From: an uncultured Rivularia sp.
Lineage (GTDB): Bacteria; Cyanobacteriota; Cyanobacteriia; Cyanobacteriales; Nostocaceae
Direction: 5' to 3'
Assembly: GCA_963665115.1 (NCBI GenBank)
Contig: OY762007.1
Coordinates: 8,629,926 to 8,693,925, forward strand
DNA length: 64,000 bases
The first letter of the stretch is position 1. Each line of letters begins with the position of its first letter. Below are positions 51,823-62,939 of this stretch, in pieces. Under the pieces are notes generated by a model. It was not told where the DNA came from. It searched no databases and saw only the letters and a program-made list of their open reading frames with translations. The translations under genes were made by a program, and so were the position numbers.

Positions 51823-52427
51823 TAACTAATAACTATTCTTAATAAACGCATTGCCCCAAAATTGCAATTATTCCTGTTAGTTTGACAACTCAATTTAAAT
51901 AGTTGCGACTTAATGAAGATTAATTGCAATAAACATTAATTTAATATTATTGGATACAAAATTCAAAAAAAGTTCTAATATAACAAATCAGATTTAAGTA
52001 ATGTGACAGAAGAAGGTTATAGCGGTTTTCAGTTGAATGCAATACAGCTATTTATGGTTAAATGACGAACAAAAATAAAGTCTGGATATGTCTGACGCAG
52101 ATTTTCTAGTAAGCTATCGGCGACAAAGAAACCCGACAGATAAAACCAATTGACATTCAGTACAAACTTTAGCAATGGTTTGATAGGCTTGGGATTGCTC
52201 AGTATAAACAGTACCTAGCGCAGTATAGAAAAAAGTTACTTAAGCCCTTTGGGCTTAAGTAAGAAGTAATAAGGAACAAGTAAACCGAAACGTAAAATAG
52301 AATCATTTTCCCGCACTCCTGAAGATTGATGCATATGTAATTTAAGATACAGTGATGTTCTGACACCTGTTATAACTCAAGTTTTAGTTTTTTAAGATTA
52401 AGAAAAATTAACTTTGCCAGCTTTTTC

Positions 52428-52459
52428 TTGACTCTCCTCTAAGCTGGAGGGTTTATCAT
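52428..52459 (+). promoter_or_regulatory. MerR-family (CueR/ZntR-type) promoter
   Basis: TTGACT - 20 bp - TATCAT with dyad ACTCTCC...GGAGGGT, upstream of the copper chaperone and ATPase genes. Confidence 0.75.
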
Positions 52460-52586
52460 TGAAAAAAGTAACAAGGCTTATCTACTTTTACTTAACTGTA
52501 TCTACCAATTTTTAGTAAAAAAATTGACAATTGTTTTTTTTAATGCAAAATATGAAATGTCTTTCGTTGCTTTCTGATTCACAAAT

Positions 52587-52781
52587 ATGACACTAAACAT
52601 AATGGTTCCAAAGTTGGCTTGTTCTGCTTGTATAGATAGAGTCACAAAAGCTGTGATGTCAATTGATTCAAACGCTACTGTTGAAGCTGACACAAAAAGT
52701 AAAATGGTTAATGTTCGGACAAGTTTTTCTGAGGCTGAAATTAAACAAGTTCTAGTATCTGCTGGTTATCCACCTGCGTAA
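52587..52781 (+). CDS. atx1: Copper chaperone (HMA domain, Atx1/CopZ)
   Basis: VPKLACSAC...AGYP, 64 aa. Confidence 0.88.
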   Translation: MTLNIMVPKLACSACIDRVTKAVMSIDSNATVEADTKSKMVNVRTSFSEAEIKQVLVSAGYPPA

Positions 52782-52810
52782 TCATCAAAAAAAAGGTTAT
52801 ATATTTTACT

Positions 52811-55091
52811 ATGGATATCCTCACCCTCAAACTTAGAGGTATGAGCTGTGCTTCTTGTGCTAGTAGCGTAGAAGAAATTATTAGCTCAGTTATCGGAGTT
52901 AGCGAATGCAATGTTAATTTCGGTGCCGAACAAGCTACTGTTAAATATAATTCCAGAAAAACTGGCATCAAACAAATTCAAGATGCGATTGATGCTGCTG
53001 GATTCACTGCTTCCCCCCTGCAAGATCGGGAAATGATGGCAGGGGAAGATGATGATGATATTGCTGCTCGTAAAGCCAAATCCCGCGATTTTATTCGTAA
53101 GTTAATTGTCGGAGGTGTAATTAGTAGTTTACTGATTATTGGTTCTTTACCGATGATGACTGGATTGGAATTATCTTTTATCCCTACATGGTTGCATAAT
53201 CCGTGGTTGCAGTTAGCACTAACCACACCCGTACAGTTTTGGTGCGGTTATGGATTCTATACCGGAGCTTGGAAAGCTTTTAAGCGCAGCAGTGCAACAA
53301 TGGATACTCTGATTCTCTTGGGTACTTCTGCGGCGTTTTTCTATTCTCTGTTTGTAACTATATTTCCCGATTTCTTTACTAATCAAGGCTTAAAGGCAGA
53401 AGTATATTACGAAACTGCTGCGGTGGTAATTACTTTAATTCTGTTAGGAAAATTATTTGAACATCGGGCTAAAGGACAGACTGGTGAAGCAATTCGGAAG
53501 TTAATTGGTTTACAAGCTAGGGATGCGCGGGTGATTCGCAATGGTATGGAAGTGGATGTTCCTATTCAGGAAGTTGAGCTTAATGATGTAATTTTAGTAC
53601 GTCCGGGTGAGAAAATTCCCGTAGATGGAGAAATTATCGAAGGTAGCTCTATTATCGATGAAGCTATGGTGACTGGGGAAAGTATTCCTGTCAAAAAGCA
53701 ACCCGGTGATGAGGTTATTGGTGCGACTATTAATAAAAATGGTAGTTTTAAATTTAGGGCAACCAGAGTCGGAAAAGATACGGTACTTTCGCAAATTGTA
53801 CAGTTAGTTAGACAAGCCCAAGGAAGTAAAGCTCCTATTCAAAGATTAGCTGACAAAGTGACTGGGTGGTTTGTCCCGGTAGTAATTACCATTGCAATTT
53901 TAACTTTTATCATCTGGTTTTATGCAGTGGGTAATATCAGCCTTGCTTTGATTACCACGGTAAGTGTTTTGATTATCGCTTGTCCCCTGTGCTTTAGGTT
54001 TAGCTACCCCGACATCGGTAATGGTTGGTACGGGTAAAGGTGCTGAAAATGGTATTTTGATTAAAGGTGCCGAAAGTCTGGAACTCGCTCATAAAATCCA
54101 GACGATTGTTTTGGATAAAACCGGAACTTTAACGGAAGGGAAACCAACCGTGACTAATTTTGTGACAGTGCGCGGTACTGCGAATCTAAATGAGTTTAAA
54201 CTGATAAAATTAGCAGCTACATTGGAGCGTAATTCCGAACACCCATTAGCGGAAGCCGTAGTTGGATATGCTGAAGCTCAAGGTGTCGAGCTAGCTGATA
54301 CACGTGAATTTGAAGCTATTGCTGGAAGCGGCGTTCAAGGATATGTCTCCGACAGATTTGTGCAAATTGGGACTAAACGCTGGCTATCAGAAGAAGGAAT
54401 TAATACCGATTTATTTACAGAGCAAAAAGACGCTTGGGAAGCACTTGGACAAACCGTAATTTGGATTGCAGTGGATGGGGAAGTTGAAGGATTGATGGGA
54501 ATCGCCGATACCCTCAAAGCTACCTCCACCGAAGCAGTAAGAGTAATGCGTAAGTTGGGTTTGGAAGTAATAATGTTAACCGGAGATAACCGTTCTACAG
54601 CAGAAGCAATTGCTAATGAAGTTGGTATTGACCGGATATTTGCAGAAGTGAGACCGGACGATAAAGCCGCTGTTATCAAGTCTTTGCAAAGTGAAGGGAT
54701 AACAAGAAAAGGAAAAAAATCTAAAATAGTGGCAATGGTAGGAGATGGTATAAACGATGCCATAGCCTTAGCGCAAGCTGATGTAGGAATGGCAATTGGA
54801 ACCGGAACAGATGTGGCGATCGCCGCAAGTGACATCACATTAATTTCCGGAGATTTGCGCTCAATCATCACAGCAATCAAACTGTCTCGCGCTACTATAA
54901 ACAATATTCGCCAGAATTTGTTCTTTGCATTTTTCTACAATGCTTTAGGAATTCCCATCGCTGCGGGAATATTATTTCCCATATTTGGCTGGTTACTTAA
55001 TCCGATTTTCGCTGGTGGTGCAATGGCTTTTAGTTCGGTTTCAGTTGTTACTAATGCTTTGCGGTTACGTCGTTTTGAATTGAAAAGTTGA
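52811..55091 (+). CDS. pacS: Cu(I)-translocating P1B-type ATPase; +1 frameshift in the CPC codons at ~53986
   Basis: GMSCASC, TGES, ACP(C), DKTGTLT, SEHPLA, GDGINDA, AFFYN, AMAFSS; break in tgtcccctgt. Confidence 0.9.
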
Positions 55092-55300
55092 TGGGTAATT
55101 AATCAGTTTGCGGCGAATATAATATCTCCCTGCGGGAGACGCAATACCTACGGTACGCTTCGCTAGGCGCTAACGCTACTACACAAAGCAAAGTCCACCT
55201 CCGTGGATTGAACGAATCAACCTGCCTTCGCAGGTTTCGCTTGTGTAGCTGCGGTTTCAACCGCCAGACAAAGTATTAAATTAGACTTTACAACATCCTC

Positions 55301-56869
55301 TCAATCCCGTTGCCGGGATTCATAAATAAGAAACTTCTATTCGCCTCAGATATTCTTTTCTATCAATCCTGTTTCAATCCCGTTGCCGGGATTCATAAAT
55401 AAGAAACACGAACAAGGCACTTGGCTAGATTTTGAAGTTGCAAGTTTCAATCCCGTTGCCGGGATTCATAAATAAGAAACTTCATAATACGCTTGATTCT
55501 AAAAAATACATGGCACCAGTTTCAATCCCGTTGCCGGGATTCATAAATAAGAAACTGTCAATATCTTATTCCATAAGAAAAAGCATGAAATGTTTCAATC
55601 CCGTTGCCGGGATTCATAAATAAGAAACAATGGTTTAAAAATCAACCTACGAATGACATCTCAAGTTTCAATCCCGTTGCCGGGATTCATAAATAAGAAA
55701 CCGTTTTTTGATTAAAGAGATTTTATAGTCTTGATTGTTTCAATCCCGTTGCCGGGATTCATAAATAAGAAACGACGATAGAACTCTAACGTCTTGCTCT
55801 TAACTCTTAGTTTCAATCCCGTTGCCGGGATTCATAAATAAGAAACAGGTTTATGGGCGTTGTTTCATCATCGTCCCCCGAAAGTTTCAATCCCGTTGCC
55901 GGGATTCATAAATAAGAAACATCCTGGATCGTTTTGAAGGAGGCGAAATTCAAATGTTTCAATCCCGTTGCCGGGATTCATAAATAAGAAACAAGCAAAC
56001 AGTGGAAGAATACATCAGGGGTAACTAGTTTCAATCCCGTTGCCGGGATTCATAAATAAGAAACATCAAGTAATTCCTCCAAATCGACTAACTCATAATG
56101 GTTTCAATCCCGTTGCCGGGATTCATAAATAAGAAACGGAAATTGGAGCAATGATTTCAGAAGAATTGGGCTGGTTTCAATCCCGTTGCCGGGATTCATA
56201 AATAAGAAACCAATATTCTTTGATATAGACGGCACGTTGACTACGTTTCAATCCCGTTGCCGGGATTCATAAATAAGAAACAACCGTTAGTTCAATATTA
56301 AAAGGCAAAATTGCATGTTTCAATCCCGTTGCCGGGATTCATAAATAAGAAACTATCTGAGGATATTATTATATCACCAGTTATTCAAAGTTTCAATCCC
56401 GTTGCCGGGATTCATAAATAAGAAACAATAAAAAACACCCATCCTACGCAGAAACTTATAGTTTCAATCCCGTTGCCGGGATTCATAAATAAGAAACTTA
56501 GTGATTAACCGCTCATCAGTTAATCGAAATCCAACGAAGTTTCAATCCCGTTGCCGGGATTCATAAATAAGAAACTCGTCCTAAGAATGAAGTTTTATTA
56601 TCAATAGTTTGCGTTTCAATCCCGTTGCCGGGATTCATAAATAAGAAACATATATCAACTAAGGGTATTATTTCATATTAATAAAAGTTTCAATCCCGTT
56701 GCCGGGATTCATAAATAAGAAACCTCCATTATTCAATTCCTTAACCATACAGAGAAAAAGGTTTCAATCCCGTTGCCGGGATTCATAAATAAGAAACTTT
56801 CTTTAGTTGTTCCGGATTTAGCAATTTCGTCAGTTTCAATCCCGTTGCCGGGATTCATAAATAAGAAAC
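55301..56869 (-). CRISPR. CRISPR array 1: 22 repeats (leftmost truncated), 21 spacers
   Basis: 37-bp repeat GTTTCAATCCCGTTGCCGGGATTCATAAATAAGAAAC. The minus strand ends in ATTGAAAC, the leader is on the right and the degenerate end is on the left. Confidence 0.98.
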
Positions 56870-57185
56870 TCCGCCATCTGAAACCGTTGAACAGAGCGAT
56901 TTCCACAAGCGATTTTGACGGGGTAGATCAAAAACCCCATTTCAGCCATTGAGGAAAATTGAAACATAAGAGCATGAAACTCTGAAACTATTTAATTATC
57001 AAGGTTCTGGCGTTTTGACGGGACTCCAGGGTTTTCGACCCCGCTTTCCCCCGTCAAAAAAAGCATAAATCAATCAGACCCATTTTGTCGATAATAATTT
57101 TTTTTTGAGCAATTCTAAATCCACTCAAATCAACACCAGTAATGCAATTTAAGGTAGTGTAACATTTTTTCTACATTCCAAAATT
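56870..57185 (-). promoter_or_regulatory. CRISPR leader, copy 1
   Basis: The first ~220 bp are nearly identical to 60109-60330; similarity is weaker beyond that. Confidence 0.85.
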
Positions 57186-57263
57186 CAAAAGATTTTAAAA
57201 ATGTTACTTAAAGTTTTAATATGGACTTGAATCCATATGGACTTGAAGCCATAATATAAAACA

Positions 57264-57650
57264 ATGACGTGGGAAGTATTATTTCATCAAGAATTTAAGC
57301 CTGAGTTTGATGAATTTGAACAAGAGATTCAAGACGAACTGCTTGCTTATGCAAAACTACTTCAAGATTACGGACCGCATCTTAAAAGACCTCATGCAGA
57401 TACACTTAATGGCTCTTACTATAAGAATATGAAAGAGCTTCGCTTTAAAATCATAGATGGAGTTTGGCGAATAGCCTTTGCTTTCGACCCAGAACGAAAA
57501 GCCATTTTACTTGTGGGTGGTAACAAAGTAGGAGTAAATCAGAAGCGATTCTATAAACAACTTATCGCTAAAGCAGATAAAAGGTTTGAAAATCATCTTA
57601 ATCAGTTAAAAGAAAAAGGAGAAAGTGAAGATGGAAATAAAACTCAATGA
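57264..57650 (+). CDS. Type II toxin, RelE/ParE superfamily (HigB/Gp49-like)
   Basis: GPHLKRPHADTLNGS..NMKELRF..WRIAFAFDPERKAILLVGGNK..FYKQLI..AD.RF. Confidence 0.9.
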   Translation: MTWEVLFHQEFKPEFDEFEQEIQDELLAYAKLLQDYGPHLKRPHADTLNGSYYKNMKELRFKIIDGVWRIAFAFDPERKAILLVGGNKVGVNQKRFYKQLIAKADKRFENHLNQLKEKGESEDGNKTQ

Positions 57651-57996
57651 CATAATGCAAAAACTTCCACAAGCACGTCGAGATAAAATTGAAGCGCGAG
57701 CGGCTGAACTAATGGCAGAACAAATGACGCTTCGCGATATAAGAAAAGCCAGAGAACTTACCCAAGAGCGTATGGCAGAATTGTTGGGGATTCGCCAAGA
57801 TAGCGTTTCAAAACTCGAAAAACGTACTGACCTTCTTCTTTCAACTCTCCGCAATTATATAAATGCAATGGGAGGGGAGCTTCAACTAGTTGTAGAATTT
57901 CCTGATAGATTACCCGTTGTGATTACCGAGCTTGCAGAATTAAGTGATGATAAAAATGAGGAACATGAAGTGACTCATCCACAAGCGCAAGATTGA
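57625..57996 (+). CDS. XRE-family HTH antitoxin (HigA-like; ATG at 57631 possible)
   Basis: LRDIRKARELTQERMAELLGIRQDSVSKLEKRTDLLLSTLRNYINAMGG; overlaps the toxin stop. Confidence 0.9.
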   Translation: MKMEIKLNDIMQKLPQARRDKIEARAAELMAEQMTLRDIRKARELTQERMAELLGIRQDSVSKLEKRTDLLLSTLRNYINAMGGELQLVVEFPDRLPVVITELAELSDDKNEEHEVTHPQAQD

Positions 57997-58094
57997 TGAT
58001 GGTAAAAAGATTAAGTAATTTTGCTTTGCTTTAGTCGTAGGTGTAGGTTGGGTTGAGGAACGAAACCCAACATTTCGATAAGGTTGAGTGTAAG

Positions 58095-60108
58095 GTTTCA
58101 ATCCCGTTTCTGGAATTCATAAATAAGAAACAACTAAAACCTTCCATTTAACCATGCTCGTTTATAGTTTCAATCCCGTTGCCGGGATTCATAAATAAGA
58201 AACCATTGGCTATTATTTTGTCATGAGAGTAACTAGTTATGTTTCAATCCCGTTGCCGGGATTCATAAATAAGAAACAAGCAATAAACCAAAACTGTCAC
58301 GTAAAAGTTTTGGTTTCAATCCCGTTGCCGGGATTCATAAATAAGAAACTAGCGGTAGGAGCAGTAGCAACCGACGTGCCCTGGTAGTGTTTCAATCCCG
58401 TTGCCGGGATTCATAAATAAGAAACGTAAGTAATAATATCCCGACGCAACAGGTAAATCTGTTTCAATCCCGTTGCCGGGATTCATAAATAAGAAACAGT
58501 TTAATTTATTCCGAAGAACAAGACGTTAATCGTTTCAATCCCGTTGCCGGGATTCATAAATAAGAAACCCTATCGAAACTAGTTAGAAGATAGGAGTGCT
58601 TAAAGGTTTCAATCCCGTTGCCGGGATTCATAAATAAGAAACAAAAGTAGGTTCCAAATCGCTTCAGAACCTTTCATGTTTCAATCCCGTTGCCGGGATT
58701 CATAAATAAGAAACAGCTGTAATGGGCTTTGCAGGGGCTGATGATAATAGTGTTTCAATCCCGTTGCCGGGATTCATAAATAAGAAACCTTACCTAATAG
58801 GGCAAGCAAGGCTAAGTAATGGAGGTTTCAATCCCGTTGCCGGGATTCATAAATAAGAAACTACATTTTTCCTAATTTTTGAATTATTATTCCTAAGCGT
58901 TTCAATCCCGTTGCCGGGATTCATAAATAAGAAACTATAAAAGATAAAAAATATATTCATCATCATTACGGGTTTCAATCCCGTTGCCGGGATTCATAAA
59001 TAAGAAACAATAGCCGAGTTATTATGCAAATCCCAGTATTGTAAAAGTTTCAATCCCGTTGCCGGGATTCATAAATAAGAAACGCTTATGATGCGGCTGC
59101 ATCGATGATGTTAGGAGAGTTTCAATCCCGTTGCCGGGATTCATAAATAAGAAACTTGACCAGCTATTTCAGCAAAAGTATGGAATGCTTCCGTTTCAAT
59201 CCCGTTGCCGGGATTCATAAATAAGAAACCTCTCGAATTCCAGATTCTACGGGTGAAATCGATGAAATGTTTCAATCCCGTTGCCGGGATTCATAAATAA
59301 GAAACTCTTAGCTCCTTATGACCGACAAAACGTACTTCTAGTTTCAATCCCGTTGCCGGGATTCATAAATAAGAAACAAAAATATAAACTTCTCCTCGAT
59401 CTGGCCTGGTTGTTTCAATCCCGTTGCCGGGATTCATAAATAAGAAACGATATACAAAGGTTTAACTCAGTTTGTATGTAATCGTTTCAATCCCGTTGCC
59501 GGGATTCATAAATAAGAAACATAGGAAAGTTTTTAAGAATAGTACCTTTTTTAATGTTTCAATCCCGTTGCCGGGATTCATAAATAAGAAACTAATCGGT
59601 CAGATAGGTGAGGTGGATAAATACTACCCGTTTCAATCCCGTTGCCGGGATTCATAAATAAGAAACATCTGAATTTTCAACCAAATGGAAAGAAGTTGAT
59701 TGTTTCAATCCCGTTGCCGGGATTCATAAATAAGAAACCGTCACCAAAACTCGCATTAGTGAAACTATGGGTAAGTTTCAATCCCGTTGCCGGGATTCAT
59801 AAATAAGAAACAATTAAGTTAGCTATAAATAAAACCGAATTAGAATCAGGTTTCAATCCCGTTGCCGGGATTCATAAATAAGAAACTCCATCAAGACCCA
59901 ATGGGTCTTCAACTTTCAAACAGTTTCAATCCCGTTGCCGGGATTCATAAATAAGAAACTCTCGTGTTGGGGAGCAGTTTTTTTAGTATCGGTAAAGTTT
60001 CAATCCCGTTGCCGGGATTCATAAATAAGAAACAGTTGTAAACCGGAACCCTTGGATCTTGAGAGTTTAAAGTTTCAATCCCGTTGCCGGGATTCATAAA
60101 TAAGAAAC
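58095..60108 (-). CRISPR. CRISPR array 2: 28 repeats (leftmost degenerate), 27 spacers
   Basis: Same 37-bp repeat; the first copy reads gtttcaatcccgtttctggaattcataaataagaaac. Confidence 0.98.
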
Positions 60109-60425
60109 TCCGCCATCTGAAACCATTGAACAGAGCGATTTCCACAAGCGATTTTGACGAGGTAGATCAAAAACCCCATTTCAGCGATTGAAGAACATTG
60201 AAACATAAGAGCATGAAACTCTGAAACTATTTAATTATCAAGGTTCTGGCGTTTTGACGGGACTCCAGGGTTTTCGACCCCGCTTTCCCCCGTCAAAAAA
60301 AGCATAAATCAATAAGACCTATTTTGTCGATGGTGAAATTTTTTTGGTAAATCTCCAATTTGCTTAAAACCTCCCTACCAATACATTTAAGGCTAATGTA
60401 ACAAATTTTATACATCCCAAAAACC
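60109..60425 (-). promoter_or_regulatory. CRISPR leader, copy 2, divergent from cas3'
   Basis: Duplicate of 56870-57185. Confidence 0.85.
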
Positions 60426-60500
60426 AATTGTTATCATTTTTTGACTACGACTTTTGGAATTTTGGCATTACCTTAGATTTATCGAGATTTTCAAAGTATC

Positions 60501-62664
60501 GTGAAAATTCAATTACAACCTCTTTACTCCCAACTTAATCCGGGATTGGGGAATTGTCCGCTAGGGTGCCAACAAGAATGTATTCTATCTCAAAAAGCTC
60601 CGAATCTTAAACCTCCTGCGGGTAGTAGTTGTCCGCTTTCTTCTCACCAAGCAAAAACTTGTGCTGAGGTGATTAATGGAGATGCAGAAATTATCTTTAA
60701 TACTTCTGCGACTGGGGATGGTAAGTCTTTGGGGGCTTATTTACCTGGATTAATTAATCCAAAGTTTCGGATTGTTTCGCTGTATCCAACTATTGAGTTG
60801 ACGGTTGATCAAGAGCGTCAACTGGAAAAATATTGTCAATTGTTTGGAACTGTTGTCAGCAAGCAGATTGATAGTTTGTATGGTGCAGAATTATCCCAAA
60901 GAGCGGAAAATTCTGGTCAGGGAGGAAAGTTTAACGAAATTTTGCGGATACTAAGGTCAATTCGTTTTATTCTGACTAATCCCGATATTTTTCATTTAGC
61001 TATTCACGGAAGATATTACCATGCTGCTTATGAAGGAAGCTTGCTGGCTTTAGCTTTAGCGCAATATCCGAAGCTATATCTGTTAGATGAATTTCATATT
61101 TTTGGAGTACATCAGGAAGCTGCTATTCTCAATAGTTTGATTTTGATTCGCAATACTCGACAAAAGAAAAAACCTTTAAAAGCTTTATTTACTTCAGCGA
61201 CTCCGAAACCGAGGTTTATTGAGAAGTTGAAGCAAGCAGGGTTTCGGGTAACGGAGGTTTCAGGAAATTATGCAAGTGAAAATTCGGGGGGATATCGTCA
61301 AATTGCTCAACCTGTTGAGTTGGAGTTTGTGGAACTCAAGGATACTGATTCTTGTTCGTGGTTAACTGAAAAAGCCGGTCAAATTAAGAAGATTTTGCAA
61401 GTAGAAGATAGAGGAAGAGGGTTAATTATTGTTAATTCTGTGGCTATAGTTTCCCAGGTTGTGCTTCAGCTATCGGATTTGTTGAGGGGTGAGGTTGTTG
61501 TTTTAGAAATCAGCGGTAGAGTTGACGGAAAAGAAAGACAGATTACCCGTGAGAAGTTGAATAATTCTGAAAAACCCGTTCTGATTGTCGCGACTTCTGC
61601 TGTTGATGTCGGTGTTGATTTCGATATTCATCTGTTAATTTTTGAAGCTAGCGATTCAGCGACTTTTATTCAGCGTTTAGGACGTTTGGGTCGCCATCAG
61701 GGATTTAATGATTATAAAGCTTTTGCGTTAATTCCGGGTTGGATGCGTTGGATTGTTCCACAATTGCGGAAACTTCTTGAACCAGAGGAAGTTGTAGATA
61801 GAACTCGTTTTCGAGAGGAGATTATCGAGCAAGTTTTCAATTCTCCCCAGGAAACACGAAGAATATCGCAATTATTGGGGTGCTTTACAGACTCAGGGAA
61901 TGTTACACGCTATTGAAGGTGGAAATATTTCTAATAAATGGGAACGAAAAGAACGTTCTGCTGTAACTCAAGATTTGCGGAATAGGATTCTTCAAGATTT
62001 AAGAAAAGTATACGGGGAAAGGCTGGATAAAAAACGCGGACATTGGTTTGCTTTGGGGAAAGAGAAGACTGGTAAGGCGATTCAAAATGAATTATTACGG
62101 TTTCGTGGTGGTTCGGATTTACAAGCAGCGGTTTGGGAAGTTGATAAGTCTCGTTTCTATAGTTATGACTTACTCAGATTGCTTCCTTATGTAGAGATTG
62201 AAGTTATTAACCGCAAAACTTTTTTAGAAAATGCTGCCAAACACCAACATTCAGAAAGTGAATTTCCTGAAGCTTATACACAAGTTTACCTGAAAGTTAA
62301 TTCATGGTTAGACCAAAGATACGATATCGAACTTGATTGCGAACTCGGAACAGATGAATTGACGGTATGTACCTTAACTTTGATTGATGAAGTCAGCATT
62401 GAAAGACATCCCCAAAGTCCGCAACTGAGGAAATATCTGAGTAAAAAGAAGTTACTTACTTTTTTGGTTCCTTTATCTCGTCAGCATCCGACGATTTGGG
62501 ATATCAAAAATATTCTGCGTCTAAATCCGAATTTTGGTTTGTATTTATTAACTGATGCTGACGACGAATCATATGCTTGTGCTTTTAATCAGGATGCTTT
62601 GCTTTTGGAAGCTTTGAAATGGAAACTCAAACGTTGTCAGAAGACAAAAGCTTATGTTTATTGA
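60501..62664 (+). CDS. cas3: Type I-D Cas3' helicase (no HD domain); +1 frameshift at ~61853
   Basis: TSATGDGKS, LTNPDIFH, LDEFH, SATP, ATSAVDVGVDF, QRLGRLGRH. Removing one A gives QEHEEYRNYWGALQTQGMLH, which joins ORF 61900. Confidence 0.92.
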
Positions 62665-62687
62665 TTCAAATTTGATTTGAATCTAGT

Positions 62688-62865
62688 ATCTTGCACCATT
62701 CTCAATAAACGCAAAAAAACCCGGTTTATTTACGATTTCACAACCAAATATTCACGCTTTCACGACAAGCAACCGGGTTTCTAAAATTACCGTTTTTATC
62801 CCACACCCAACCGGGAATGCAATTCCCGATCCAATAGCAAAAGTCCTATAGATAGGACTAATAAA
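62688..62865. repeat. Dispersed repeat cluster between cas3' and cas10d
   Basis: atcttgcaccattctcaa, aaacccggttt..aaccgggttt and agtcctatagataggact, as at 26612-26810. Confidence 0.6.
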
Positions 62866-62939
62866 ACAATAATTTAATGCAAGTAAAGTACCCAAAAATT
62901 TATCAATTAGCAATTACCAATTACCAATTACCTATTAAT

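Noticed and set aside
55301..60108. Self-targeting spacers against genes in this window
   Set aside because: No match noticed by eye; a BLASTN search is needed to exclude it properly.
55432..60145. ORFs 55432-55623, 59472-59657 and 59945-60145
   Set aside because: Translations of CRISPR repeats and spacers.
62665..62939. Possible CreA-like mini-array between cas3' and cas10d
   Set aside because: No convincing copy of the CRISPR repeat; the palindromes belong to the dispersed repeat family also seen at 26.6 kb and 40.9 kb.
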